Source of the DNA: Polyangiaceae bacterium
Lineage (GTDB): Bacteria; Myxococcota_A; Polyangia; Polyangiales; Polyangiaceae
DNA: 64,000 nucleotides
NCBI GenBank assembly: GCA_947475525.1
Contig: CANJMI010000006.1
Coordinates: 204,162 to 268,161, forward strand
Reading direction: 5' to 3'
How positions within the stretch are numbered: the first letter of the stretch is position 1; each line of letters begins with the position of its first letter. Under the pieces are notes generated by a model. That model did not search any database. It worked only from the letters and a program-made list of their open reading frames with translations, and had not been told where the DNA came from. This document shows, in pieces, positions 44,954 to 55,215 of the stretch. The position numbers were made by a program, and so were the translations under genes.

Positions 44954-46591
44954 GTGTTACCCGGCCCAGGCGTGATTCGACTCGACTCCGTCTGCAAGCA
45001 GCACGGGAAACAGATTCTGTTTCTCGATGCCTCCATGAGCCTCTTCAAAGGAGAGCGCGTCGGCCTCGTAGGTCCAAATGGTGCGGGAAAATCCACCATT
45101 TTCCGCATGATCGTTGGCGAGGAGGAGGCGGACGCCGGTCACGTGATGACCGATCGAGGCGTCGTCATCGGCTACTTCAGCCAGAGCGTCGGGGAGATGC
45201 GTGGGCGCACCGTGGTCGAGGAAACCATGGCGGGTGCCGGCGTGATCTCCGACGTCGCCCGAGAGTTGCACGAGCTCGAGCACGCCATGGGCGATCCCGA
45301 ACGTGGGGACGAACTCGAGGCGTTGGTCGATCGCTTCGGCGTGGTGCAAGCCAGGTTCGATGAGCTCGACGGTTACGCGCTCGAGTCGCGAGCGCGCGAG
45401 ATCTTGGAGGGCCTGGGCTTCCGCGCGGACATCGTCGATAACGACGTTAGCAATCTCTCCGGCGGCTGGAAGATGCGCGTGGCCCTCGCCCGCATCCTGC
45501 TCATGCGCCCCGACGCGCTGCTCCTCGATGAGCCGACGAACCATCTCGACCTCGAATCGATCATCTGGCTCGAGCGCTTCTTGCTCGAGTTCGCAGGCGG
45601 CCTCGTCATCACGTCGCATGACCGCGAGTTCATGAACCGCATCGTGACCAAGATCGTCGAGATCGAAGGTGGCGAGCTCACGACGTACACGGGCGACTAC
45701 GACTTTTACGAGGCGCAACGCGCGATAGGCGAGCTGCAACAGCAAGCCCAGTACGAACGTCAGCAGGCGATGCTCGCAAAGGAAAAGGCGTTCATCGACC
45801 GCTTCAAGGCGCGGGCGAGCCACGCCGCGCAAGTTCAGTCGCGCGTCAAAAAGCTCGAAAAGATCGAGACGGTGGAGCCACCACGGCGCCGCAAGGTGAT
45901 CGAGTTCGAGTTCCGCCCCGCTCCGCGCTCGGGTGACGACGTCGTGCGCTTCGATCACATCGGCAAGCATTACGGCGAGCGGAAGATCCACGAGGACTTC
46001 GATCTTCTGATTCGCCGCAAGGAGCGCTGGTGCGTCATGGGCATCAACGGCGCGGGTAAGACCACCCTGCTCAAGCTCGGCGCGGGCGCCATCCAACCTG
46101 ACTCCGGCTCGGTGACCATTGGGGCGAGCGTCAAGCTTGGCTACTTCGCGCAGCACGCGATGGAGCAACTCAACTCGACCGAGAACGTCATCGAGACCCT
46201 TCAGAGCGCATTTCCGCTCGCGTCCATCGGCTCACTCAAGGCGCTCGCGGGCGCTTTCGGCTTCTCGGGCGACGACGTCGAGAAGAGCTGCCGCGTCTTG
46301 TCGGGCGGTGAGAAAGCCCGGCTCGTGCTCGCGAAGATGCTCTTCGATCCGCCGAATCTTCTCGTCCTCGACGAGCCCACCAACCATCTCGACATGGGCA
46401 CGAAAGAGATGCTCGTCAACGCCTTGAAGGACTTCGAAGGGACGATGCTCTTCGTATCCCACGATCGTCACTTCCTCTCCGCGCTCTCCAACCGAGTGCT
46501 GGAACTCGATGGCGGCGAGGCGCGCGTGTACGGCGGGGGCTACGATGAGTACGTCGCTCAAACCGGGCGCGAAGCTCCAGGTCTCGGCTGA
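44954..46591 (+). CDS. ABC-F family ATPase (two tandem ABC domains, no TMD)
   Basis: Two Walker A motifs (GLVGPNGAGKST, GINGAGKTT) and two signature motifs (LSGGWKMRVALA, LSGGEKARLVLA). Confidence 0.9.
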   Translation: MLPGPGVIRLDSVCKQHGKQILFLDASMSLFKGERVGLVGPNGAGKSTIFRMIVGEEEADAGHVMTDRGVVIGYFSQSVGEMRGRTVVEETMAGAGVISDVARELHELEHAMGDPERGDELEALVDRFGVVQARFDELDGYALESRAREILEGLGFRADIVDNDVSNLSGGWKMRVALARILLMRPDALLLDEPTNHLDLESIIWLERFLLEFAGGLVITSHDREFMNRIVTKIVEIEGGELTTYTGDYDFYEAQRAIGELQQQAQYERQQAMLAKEKAFIDRFKARASHAAQVQSRVKKLEKIETVEPPRRRKVIEFEFRPAPRSGDDVVRFDHIGKHYGERKIHEDFDLLIRRKERWCVMGINGAGKTTLLKLGAGAIQPDSGSVTIGASVKLGYFAQHAMEQLNSTENVIETLQSAFPLASIGSLKALAGAFGFSGDDVEKSCRVLSGGEKARLVLAKMLFDPPNLLVLDEPTNHLDMGTKEMLVNALKDFEGTMLFVSHDRHFLSALSNRVLELDGGEARVYGGGYDEYVAQTGREAPGLG

Positions 46592-46613
46592 AGCGCTCGA
46601 GCAAAAAGGCACC

Positions 46614-47840
46614 ATGACAGCGCACACACGCGAGTTCGATCTCGTTCTTTTCGGGGCTACCGGGTTCACGGGGGCGCTCGTGGCCGAAGAGCTCCTCGCC
46701 CGAGGCGGCACGGTGCGCTGGGCGCTCGCTGGACGCGACCGAGCCAAACTCGAAGGCGTGAAGGCGCGGCTCACGGCGCTCTCGAAGACCGCGGGCGACC
46801 TGCAAATCCTGGTAGCGGACAGCCATGATGCGGTCGCACTCGACGCCCTCGCCAAGCGCACCCGCGTCGTGTGCACGACCGTAGGCCCTTACCATCAGCA
46901 CGGCCTCGAGCTTGTCCGAGCGTGCGCCGAGAACGGAACCCACTACTGCGACATCACCGGTGAGACGCCTTTCATGCGGCGAACGATCGACGCGCATCAC
47001 CGAACCGCGCAGTCAACCGGTGCCCGCATCGTTCACGCGTGCGGCTTTGACTCGATCCCATCCGACCTCGGCTGCCTCATCCTCGACGAAGCGATGCGAC
47101 TGCGCTCGGGAGCTCCCTGCGATGAAGCTACGTTGTACGTCACGAAGATGCGTGGCGGCGCGAGCGGCGGGACGCTTGCGAGCATGCTCGGCCTCCTCGA
47201 CGCGGCGAAGCGTGAGCCCGAGTTGCGCAAGGTGCTCCTCGATCCGTACGCGCTCAACCCCGACGGCGAACGCGCGGGCCCCGATGGCCCAGATGCGTTC
47301 GGTCTCTCGCTCGAAAAGGAGGGTTTTGTCGGTCCGTTCGTCATGGCGGGTGTCAACACGCGCGTCGTCCGCCGCACCAACGCGCTCCTCGGTTACCGTT
47401 ACGGGCGCGACTTTCGCTACCGCGAGGTGTCGCGTTACCGACGCTCGGTGATGGGCGCACTTCGATGCGGCGGAACCTCCCTCGGCCTCGGCGCGTTGTT
47501 GGGAGCCGCGGCCATTCCCGCGCTTCGTGGAGTGCTCGCTCGCGCGCTCCCGAAGCCCGGCGAAGGCCCCTCGAAAGAACAACGCGAACGCGGCCAATTT
47601 CGCATCGCCCTCGTCGGCACAAACCGCGTAAACGGTGTCCCGAACCGCGTCACCGCCCGAGTCGAAGGCAACCGCGATCCGGGCTACGGCTTCACCGCCA
47701 TCATGCTTTCGGAAGCCGCACTCTGCCTCGCATGTGACACGCTCACCTCCGAGGGCGGCGTGCTGACGCCCGCGTCGGCGATGGGCATGACGCTCGTGCA
47801 CCGCCTTCGTGGTGCCGGCATGGTGCTCGCCGCCGACTGA
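46614..47840 (+). CDS. saccharopine-dehydrogenase-like NAD(P)-binding protein
   Basis: Rossmann LVLFGATGFTGALV. Related to the Sacchrp_dh family. Confidence 0.7.
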   Translation: MTAHTREFDLVLFGATGFTGALVAEELLARGGTVRWALAGRDRAKLEGVKARLTALSKTAGDLQILVADSHDAVALDALAKRTRVVCTTVGPYHQHGLELVRACAENGTHYCDITGETPFMRRTIDAHHRTAQSTGARIVHACGFDSIPSDLGCLILDEAMRLRSGAPCDEATLYVTKMRGGASGGTLASMLGLLDAAKREPELRKVLLDPYALNPDGERAGPDGPDAFGLSLEKEGFVGPFVMAGVNTRVVRRTNALLGYRYGRDFRYREVSRYRRSVMGALRCGGTSLGLGALLGAAAIPALRGVLARALPKPGEGPSKEQRERGQFRIALVGTNRVNGVPNRVTARVEGNRDPGYGFTAIMLSEAALCLACDTLTSEGGVLTPASAMGMTLVHRLRGAGMVLAAD

Positions 47841-47843
47841 CGC

Positions 47844-49568
47844 TCACATCTTCTCTGGAGCCTCGATGCCGAGCAAGCCGAGCCCACGCGCAAGCACGGT
47901 CGCCGTAACGGCCGATAGCGCGAGCCTGGAGCGGCGCTCCTCGGGTGTGGCAGCCTTGAGCACCGGACAGTTCTGGTAGAAGGCCGAGAACGCGGTCGCC
48001 AGTTCGTAGAGGTAGCCACACAGACGGTGCGGAGCGAGCGACGCCGCAACGTCGCTGACGACGGTCGGATATGCGAGCAGCGCGAGCGCGAGCGCACGCT
48101 CTTGGGGAGCAATTATTTGGACCGCACTCGGGTCCACTTTTTCGTTCGCCTTGCGTAAAATCGAGCAAATTCTCGCGTGGGCGTACTGAAGATACGGGCC
48201 GGTGTTTCCCTCGAACGCGAGCATGCGTGCCCAATCGAACACGTAGTCTTTGACGCGATCGCTCGACAGGTCGGCGTATTTTATCGCACCGATCCCAATC
48301 GCTCGCCCAATTGCAGCGCGCTCGTCCGGCGCGAGCTCGGGATTCTTCTCCGCCACGACAGCGGTCGCTCGCAGGACGCCCTCTTCGAGCAGCTCGATGA
48401 GCCGCACGTTGTCGCCCGCCCGCGTTCGGAGGACCTTCCCATCCGACCCGAGCACCGAACCGAAGGCGACGTGCTCGGCACGCGCAGGCGGAGTGAGCCA
48501 GCCGGCGTGGATAGCCGCATCACGGATCATCGCGAGGTGCTGCGTTTGCGGCGCACCGACAACATAGAGGATGCGCGTAGCCGCGAGCGTCTGCAGCCGA
48601 TAGCGAATCGCTGCAAGATCCGTGGTCGCGTAGCCGTACCCGCCATCCTGTTTCTGCGCGATAAGAGGGAGCGGCGTGTCATCGCGGCCGGTGTAGCCAG
48701 GAACAAAGACGCATTTAGCGCCGTCGTTCTCGACGCACTGGCCCTTCGCCTCGAGCTCGGCAATCACCTCCGCGAGCATCGGATTGAAGAGGCTCTCGCC
48801 CGCGATGTCTTCATCTTGCAGCGTCACGCCGAGCAGCCGATAGAGCGCATTGAAGTGAACCCGCGAGGCTGAGACGAGCTGTCGCCACAACACGAGCGTC
48901 GCCTCGTCCCCGCCTTGCAAGAGAACGACCCTCCCGCGTGCGCGATCGGCAAAGGCGGGCTCGGCGTCGAACTTTGCTCGAGCAGCCTGATAGAACACGT
49001 TCAGATCGCGAATCGAGTGAGCATCGGCTTCGTTTCCCCCGTCGAGGAGGTGCTCTATCAGCATGCCGAATGGCGTGCCCCAGTCGCCAAGATGATTCTG
49101 ACGAATCACGGTGTGCCCGACAGCCTCTATCACCCGTGCGAGCGCATCCCCGATCACGGACGAACGCAGGTGCCCGACATGCATTTCCTTGGCGACGTTC
49201 GGCGAGGAGTAGTCGATGACGACGCGCTCCACGAGTGCCGCCGGTGCAAGGCCCGCGGTGCCGCCCGCTGAGACTCGCGCCACCTCGTCCGACAACAGCG
49301 CCGAGGTGAGCCGGATGTTGATGAAGCCTGGCCCCGCGAGTTCGGTGCTCTCGACAACGCCTTCAGAATCGAGATGCATCACGATCGCCGTCGCGACGTC
49401 GCGCGGGGCACGCTTCAGCACTTTCGCAAGCCCGAGAGCCGCGTTGGCCTGAAAGTCGGCGTGACTCGATGGGCGGATCGCGGGATCGACGCTCGCGTAC
49501 TCGGGACCGAAAGCGGAAACGATGGCGGCGCGAAAACGCTCGCCAAGAAGGACTGCGGGGTCGGACAT
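47844..49568 (-). CDS. argS: arginine--tRNA ligase
   Basis: HIGH motif SPNVAKEMHVGHLRSSVIGDAL. Class I aaRS fold. Length 574 aa. Confidence 0.95.
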   Translation of the reverse strand: MSDPAVLLGERFRAAIVSAFGPEYASVDPAIRPSSHADFQANAALGLAKVLKRAPRDVATAIVMHLDSEGVVESTELAGPGFINIRLTSALLSDEVARVSAGGTAGLAPAALVERVVIDYSSPNVAKEMHVGHLRSSVIGDALARVIEAVGHTVIRQNHLGDWGTPFGMLIEHLLDGGNEADAHSIRDLNVFYQAARAKFDAEPAFADRARGRVVLLQGGDEATLVLWRQLVSASRVHFNALYRLLGVTLQDEDIAGESLFNPMLAEVIAELEAKGQCVENDGAKCVFVPGYTGRDDTPLPLIAQKQDGGYGYATTDLAAIRYRLQTLAATRILYVVGAPQTQHLAMIRDAAIHAGWLTPPARAEHVAFGSVLGSDGKVLRTRAGDNVRLIELLEEGVLRATAVVAEKNPELAPDERAAIGRAIGIGAIKYADLSSDRVKDYVFDWARMLAFEGNTGPYLQYAHARICSILRKANEKVDPSAVQIIAPQERALALALLAYPTVVSDVAASLAPHRLCGYLYELATAFSAFYQNCPVLKAATPEERRSRLALSAVTATVLARGLGLLGIEAPEKM

Positions 49569-49649
49569 CGCGCGGAGCCTACACCAATCGCGCGTGCGTC
49601 GATTTGGCGCCGAACCTCACGCGGGAAGGTTTTATGGCGGCGCGGACGG

Positions 49650-52600
49650 TCAAATCGCGGGGGGCTTTCGCGGCGGAGGACGCCGGCCCTTCTCGAGCAA
49701 GGAGCGCACGGCACTCAACGCAAGCTCACTCTCCTCGCTACGCGACGCGGCGGCCTGCGCGAGCGGCAAGAGCGCTTGCTCGACCAGGCGGTTCTGCTCA
49801 CGAATGAGGTCCGCGATCTCGCGCGGCATCGCCGCATGAACGGCGACGGGGGCCTGACCGACAGCCTCGAGCGCGGCCTCGATGCGCAAAAGGTACGGGG
49901 TGAGCCACCCCTCCGCCCCTGCGAGCGAGCGCGCACGATGAAGCCGTGGAGCATCGCCACCATCCTCGTCGGCCGAAGGCTCCGCCTCGGGCGGAGGCGC
50001 CATCGTCGGCCGCTTCAGCATGACTTCGCGGACCGCACGAACGTCGAGACGCAAGCCGTCGATCGCCTCCTCAATCCCGCGCTCTCCGCCCTGTTGTACG
50101 ACATCACGGAGAGAATTCACGGCAGCCACGAGCTCCGAGCGATTGTCGTCACCGAGCTCCGCGCGAATCAACGCAAGCTCCGTCGCGACCGCCGTTGTGC
50201 GGTCCTGATCGAGCACGGCGCGAATCGCTTGAAGATCCGCTCCGACGCCTGCGATGGTCCCCGACAGACGCGCCACCGGGTCGTCGGCCGCGCCGCCCAT
50301 TCGCTTGTGGCGTACGTACTCGCGCTTGATCTCTTGCCACCGTGACGTCTCGGCCGTCGAAGCACGCCCGCGCAGCTCCCCGAGCTTGAGCAGGTTCGCT
50401 TCCGCACCCGTCGTCAACGTCTGCGCCTCCGAGGTGTAGTGCGACGTGACGAGCTGCTCGATCTCATCATCCGTCATCGCCGAGACGACCTTCTCGGCGA
50501 GCTTGTTCATGTTGCGGTAGCTCCCCTGAAGCTTGAACGGCGGCTCATTTCGGAAGCGGTCGTCTTGTGCCGCGGACGCGATGTACTGCAAATTAACGAG
50601 TAAAAGCGAACGCTGAACCCGTCCGAGGTGTTTGAAGACCGCCGTGATCTCCGCGAGCTCCGCCGCCGAGTAGCCATGCCGGAGATCCGTCGACGCGATA
50701 GGCTCGCCGCAAGACAGGCGGATCAGCTTCTCGACGTCGCCCGTGTCGCGCGTCGCGAGAGGCTGAAGCGCCGAGTTCGAGGTCAGCGCATTCTCGAGGT
50801 AGCTCGACGCGAAGACGTCTTCCTTGCCCGAGAGCACGTCACCCAAGTTGTAGGTGTCCGCGCGATTCGCGAGCATGTCCGGAATTTTGAAGGCCTCGCC
50901 GCTCTCCGTGTACGGATTGCCGGCCATCACCACGCAGAACTTCCGCCCGCGGAAATCATAGGTGCGCGTCCGCCCCCGCCACACGCCTTCGACCCGCCGC
51001 TGCGCGTCGCACAGGCTGATGAACTTCTGCAAAAACTCCGGATTCGTGTGCTGGATGTCGTCGAGGTAGAGCATCACGTTGTTGCCCATCTCGAACGCGA
51101 GATTGACCTTCTCGACCTCCTGCCGCGCGGTCGCGTTCGGTGCCTCCGCCGGATCGATCGAGACGACGCCGTGCCCGAGTGCCGGGCCGTTGACCTTGAC
51201 GAACACGAGGCCAAGGCGGCTCGCTACGTACTCCATCAGCGTCGTCTTGCCGTAGCCCGGCGGCGAGACGAGCAAGAGCAGGCCCATCAAGTCGGTGCGT
51301 TTGCCATCGCCCGCGGCACCGATCTGCTTGGCGAGGTTGTCCCCGACGAGCGGGAGGTAGACGTCATTGATCAGGCGGTTGCGAACGAACGCGCTCATCA
51401 CTTGTGGCCGGTACTCCGCGAGGCGCAACGCGGTGCGCTCGCGGTCGATGAGTTCCGCCCGAAGCTTGCGGTACCCGCGGTACGCTGGCAGCTCGTCACG
51501 CAGGTAGTGCCCGACACGAGCGAGGACCTCGTCTATGCCGATGCGCATGGCCCCCCCTACGACGCGTGGATGCTGGCCGATGAGCCCGACAACCTCGCCT
51601 TCGCACAGCGCCGCAGAAGCCACCCGCGAGAGCCCCGGCGAGCAGAGCATCACCGCGGCCTCGACCGCGACCCGACGCCGCGTCTCACGCGCCGGATCGG
51701 CCGCGATGAACGCGTCAACCCAAGCCACCGCCAGACCGAATCGCTCGCGCACGTGGCCGTCGAGAGCACGCATGTCCTCATCGAACGCGCTCCGCGTACC
51801 TTGCAACTCAAGCTGACGCACGAGCCCATCCCGCAAGGACTCCGACTCGGCACTGACCGTGAAGAATGACTCGCCGGTCAGCTCCTCGATGAGGTAGCTC
51901 CCCGCCTCGACCGCCGCGGGCACGAGCACCTCGAGGCCGTGCTTCGCAGCGAACGCACCCAACACCGGGGCCGCCTCAGCCGCGAGGGCGGTCAGCGCGT
52001 CACCGAGACCGAGGGCACTGCGCAAGCGGCCAAGACTCTTGGCCTGGAGACTCCATGCGCGCTTCGTCTCGCTGTCCTCGAGGGCCCCCCAGAAGAGTTG
52101 TCCGAGGGCGCGCGCTTTCGGTGAGAAACGCAGCAGCCCCGCCGAGTCATTCAGGATGAGGAGTCTCTCGAGGATCTTCGCCGCGTCCTGATCATGGACC
52201 CCGCGATCGTAGCCTTCGTCGTGACGCTCCGCCGCGAACGCGCCCACGACGGCATCGAGTTTGCCTGCCCGCTGTGCCTCTCGTAGCGCCGCAAGCGACG
52301 CCCCCTCTTGCCCGCGAACGGCCGCCGTGAAAACCAAAAACGCGAGGAACTCTGAGCGGTAAATCGAAGGCGTCTCGCTTGGAAGGCTCTGGTCCCAGAA
52401 GCGCCGCGTCGCCTCGAACGCCGCATCGGCGACCGGCTCGTAGTAGTCGGTTCCAGTCAGGTGAAACGCGAGCGCCGTACCCGGCTGCCCGCCCGCCGAG
52501 GTCCCATCGGACTTCGGCACCATCGTAAGCTCGAGCGGCTGCGTGTTGACGGTGAACCGGTGGCGTCCAAGCTTGATGAACTCGCCGTCCCCTTCGTAGA

Positions 52601-55196
52601 GGTCGAGCTTGTCCCGCAGGCCACGGAGAGCTTCCTGACGCGCGGCCTTCAACTTGGAGAGGACAGCCTCCGATTTCACGCTATCGCCGAGGGCTTGAAG
52701 TTCCGCGGCGAGCTGCCGTAACTTCAGCACCATCGCGTCGGCGGCGAAGTACGCGTTGAGATCATCGACGGTCTTCTGGCTGCGACCACGCCTCGCTATC
52801 CCGTCCAAGATGCGCTCGGCCGCCGTCGCCAAGCTCGCGACGCGGCGCGCCTTCTCATCGAGAAGTTGCTGCTTTTTCGCACCAAACGCCTCGTAGATCT
52901 CATCGCGTTTTCCAGCGAGTTCCGCGGAGAGTTCCTCGATGTCGGAGAAACGTCCTTCGAGTTCCTCGAGCTGAACAAGCAACCGCGAGAGTTGCTCGTC
53001 GCACTTTGCCGGACTGTCCGCGAGACCAATGGCGCTCGACACCGCTTGTCCAAGCACGGCCACTTGGACGACGACCTCGGCTCGCCCCTCCGCGCTCGCG
53101 AGCTCTTTGCGGCGGCCCTCGACGATCGCGCGGGTGCGGTTCAGCTGCCCGAAGACGGCGCTCAGTCCCTCGAGGATCTTGGTGCGCTGAGTCGCATCTT
53201 CGATCGGAAGATTGGAGACGACCTCGCCGAGCAACGCGAGCCCCTCAGCCACGAGAGCGAGTTTCTCTTTGTGCGGGCGAACATCGGAAGCCTTCACGAT
53301 CGCCGGCATCGCTCGTGCGAGCGCGTCGAGATCGACCGTCAGCGGTGCGAGCGCCTCGCCGCGTGAAAGGAAGAAGACGCACGCTTTGCTGAGCTCATCG
53401 AAACTACCGGTAACGCGCGTCTCGAGCTCGGCCACTTTCGCCAGATCCATCGAGCGGAGCTCTCGAAGCCCGATCAGATGGCCGCGCAACTTGCGTAGAT
53501 TCGCGAGCCCCTCGAGGAACGGATCGACCTTGCGCCAATGCTCGGGCCGCAGCTCGCGACCGACCACCGCGAACTTTTCCTCGGCGTCGGCGAGCGCCCG
53601 TTCAGCCTCTCGTCGGAACGCGACGACTTTCTCGAACTCATCGATGATGGTTTCGGTCGTGGCGCGTAGCTGGGCGACGACCGCCTTCAGGTTGAACGCC
53701 TCCTCGCGCTCGAGCCAGTAGAAGGCGTCCACCATTCGGTTCGCCCCCGCGATCAAGTCCTCGAAAGTCTGGCGCGTCGGCTGAGCGAGACGTGCGAGCC
53801 GGCACAGGCTGAGCGCATCGCTGATGCCGCGTACGAGCTCCGCATTGCCGACCTTCGCGAGGAACGAGCCATCGGTCGGTGCCTCCGCGGCAAACGTGAC
53901 GCTCGTGAACGGCGTCTGCCAGATTTGCATCGGGTGAACACGCGTCGGCTCTGATTCGTCGCGAAACACGACGAGTCGACCGTCGTCAAAGAGGCTGTAG
54001 CCGCCGCAACGGATCGGCGTCGCGACCTCTTTGCGGATCAAATTGTAAGGAAAGAGCGCGTAGGTCCCGCGGCGCTGCTCGTAGAAGAGGAAGAGAACAT
54101 CCTCACCGTTGGGCGAAGCGAGCTTGCGGTGGAACTCGAGGTCGCCATGGTCGCCGTCGAACAGCTTGTGGTCCCCACTCTCGAGGTACACGCCTCCCGG
54201 AAACACGAGACCGTGGTCTTCGGGGAGCGCGACGCACGATTGCGCGATGGCATCGATTCGAACCGCCGCCCGCGTCTTCGCGTTGAAGACGAAATGGCGT
54301 TTTTTCTCCTCGCGAAATGGCTGGATCTCGAGCACGACAAGGTGCCCGAACTCAGCGAAGCGAATGTTCGCATCGGACAGCGCTTGGTTGCGATCGTCCA
54401 CCGGCTCGGTGAGCACGGTGAGACCCTCCTTCGAGTTGTCCTCGACGCTGAGCCGCAGGCGGCCGCCGATGCAGCTGACGAACACCTTGCCCGCAATGTC
54501 CACGAACCGACCGTCGACCTGGTCGTCGGCCGCAGGAGCGATCCATTCGAAGTCGTGTTGGCGCGGCGATTGGTACTCGCGCTCACCCCGGTCATCGGTG
54601 TAGCGGACAGCGCCGTTCGGTTCGATGGACCAGCGAAATACCTTGGTTTCGCGCCACGAGGCGCCGACTTGGAAGATCGCAAAGAGCCGGGTATCGGTCG
54701 AGACCAGCTGCAAGAGCTGGGCGTCGCGCACGTACTTGTAGAGCGCCGTGAAATCCTTGACGAACTGCGGATCCTGGAGAAACCCACCGACATCCTCAAA
54801 GCCGACCGCGCTGCAATCGTACCCACCCTCACGCACGTCGAAGCGATGAAGGGCGAAGACGTCGGCGATCTTCGTCTCGCTCTTCAGCCCGATGAACACA
54901 TTGAAGCCGACGAGCAAACGCCCGCCGACCTCGACGATGTCGACCGGCAAGCAATTGTGCTCCGTGCGCACCCGCTCGGTCGCGATGACGGCGAGCTCCT
55001 GCCCACCGAAGGTCTCCTTGCGACGCCCATTCAGGGCATCGGCACGCCTCCCGAGTTCGCTCCCATGTTCGAGGAGCCTCCCTCGGATGACATCGTAATT
55101 CCCGCCGTCGAGCGTGGTCGCGCTGCTCGACACTTCGGCGCCACTGGCCGCTTGCTCATTCGCCATCGGAGACCTCCCGGCAGCCGCCCGGAACAC
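49650..55196 (-). CDS. very large (1848 aa) AAA+ ATPase-domain protein; probably the family that databases label 'DNA repair ATPase' (DUF3686-like, conserved LDD). Co-transcribed downstream of flotillin/YqiJ.
   Basis: Single high-GC3 ORF. Beta-rich N-terminal ~500 aa, a long helical/coiled-coil middle, then the AAA domain (Walker A LLLLVSPPGYGKTTLMEYV, Walker B VMLYLDDIQHTN, arginine finger region GNPYTESGEAFKIPDMLANRADTY), and an acidic/Pro C-terminal tail. Lies 20 bp after the flotillin stop. Confidence 0.85.
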   Translation of the reverse strand: MFRAAAGRSPMANEQAASGAEVSSSATTLDGGNYDVIRGRLLEHGSELGRRADALNGRRKETFGGQELAVIATERVRTEHNCLPVDIVEVGGRLLVGFNVFIGLKSETKIADVFALHRFDVREGGYDCSAVGFEDVGGFLQDPQFVKDFTALYKYVRDAQLLQLVSTDTRLFAIFQVGASWRETKVFRWSIEPNGAVRYTDDRGEREYQSPRQHDFEWIAPAADDQVDGRFVDIAGKVFVSCIGGRLRLSVEDNSKEGLTVLTEPVDDRNQALSDANIRFAEFGHLVVLEIQPFREEKKRHFVFNAKTRAAVRIDAIAQSCVALPEDHGLVFPGGVYLESGDHKLFDGDHGDLEFHRKLASPNGEDVLFLFYEQRRGTYALFPYNLIRKEVATPIRCGGYSLFDDGRLVVFRDESEPTRVHPMQIWQTPFTSVTFAAEAPTDGSFLAKVGNAELVRGISDALSLCRLARLAQPTRQTFEDLIAGANRMVDAFYWLEREEAFNLKAVVAQLRATTETIIDEFEKVVAFRREAERALADAEEKFAVVGRELRPEHWRKVDPFLEGLANLRKLRGHLIGLRELRSMDLAKVAELETRVTGSFDELSKACVFFLSRGEALAPLTVDLDALARAMPAIVKASDVRPHKEKLALVAEGLALLGEVVSNLPIEDATQRTKILEGLSAVFGQLNRTRAIVEGRRKELASAEGRAEVVVQVAVLGQAVSSAIGLADSPAKCDEQLSRLLVQLEELEGRFSDIEELSAELAGKRDEIYEAFGAKKQQLLDEKARRVASLATAAERILDGIARRGRSQKTVDDLNAYFAADAMVLKLRQLAAELQALGDSVKSEAVLSKLKAARQEALRGLRDKLDLYEGDGEFIKLGRHRFTVNTQPLELTMVPKSDGTSAGGQPGTALAFHLTGTDYYEPVADAAFEATRRFWDQSLPSETPSIYRSEFLAFLVFTAAVRGQEGASLAALREAQRAGKLDAVVGAFAAERHDEGYDRGVHDQDAAKILERLLILNDSAGLLRFSPKARALGQLFWGALEDSETKRAWSLQAKSLGRLRSALGLGDALTALAAEAAPVLGAFAAKHGLEVLVPAAVEAGSYLIEELTGESFFTVSAESESLRDGLVRQLELQGTRSAFDEDMRALDGHVRERFGLAVAWVDAFIAADPARETRRRVAVEAAVMLCSPGLSRVASAALCEGEVVGLIGQHPRVVGGAMRIGIDEVLARVGHYLRDELPAYRGYRKLRAELIDRERTALRLAEYRPQVMSAFVRNRLINDVYLPLVGDNLAKQIGAAGDGKRTDLMGLLLLVSPPGYGKTTLMEYVASRLGLVFVKVNGPALGHGVVSIDPAEAPNATARQEVEKVNLAFEMGNNVMLYLDDIQHTNPEFLQKFISLCDAQRRVEGVWRGRTRTYDFRGRKFCVVMAGNPYTESGEAFKIPDMLANRADTYNLGDVLSGKEDVFASSYLENALTSNSALQPLATRDTGDVEKLIRLSCGEPIASTDLRHGYSAAELAEITAVFKHLGRVQRSLLLVNLQYIASAAQDDRFRNEPPFKLQGSYRNMNKLAEKVVSAMTDDEIEQLVTSHYTSEAQTLTTGAEANLLKLGELRGRASTAETSRWQEIKREYVRHKRMGGAADDPVARLSGTIAGVGADLQAIRAVLDQDRTTAVATELALIRAELGDDNRSELVAAVNSLRDVVQQGGERGIEEAIDGLRLDVRAVREVMLKRPTMAPPPEAEPSADEDGGDAPRLHRARSLAGAEGWLTPYLLRIEAALEAVGQAPVAVHAAMPREIADLIREQNRLVEQALLPLAQAAASRSEESELALSAVRSLLEKGRRPPPRKPPAI

Positions 55197-55215
55197 CGGG
55201 CGGAAGGTTCAACAA

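Noticed and set aside
44957-46168. 403-aa minus-strand ORF within the ABC-F gene
   Set aside because: Antisense to a gene with two complete ABC cassettes.
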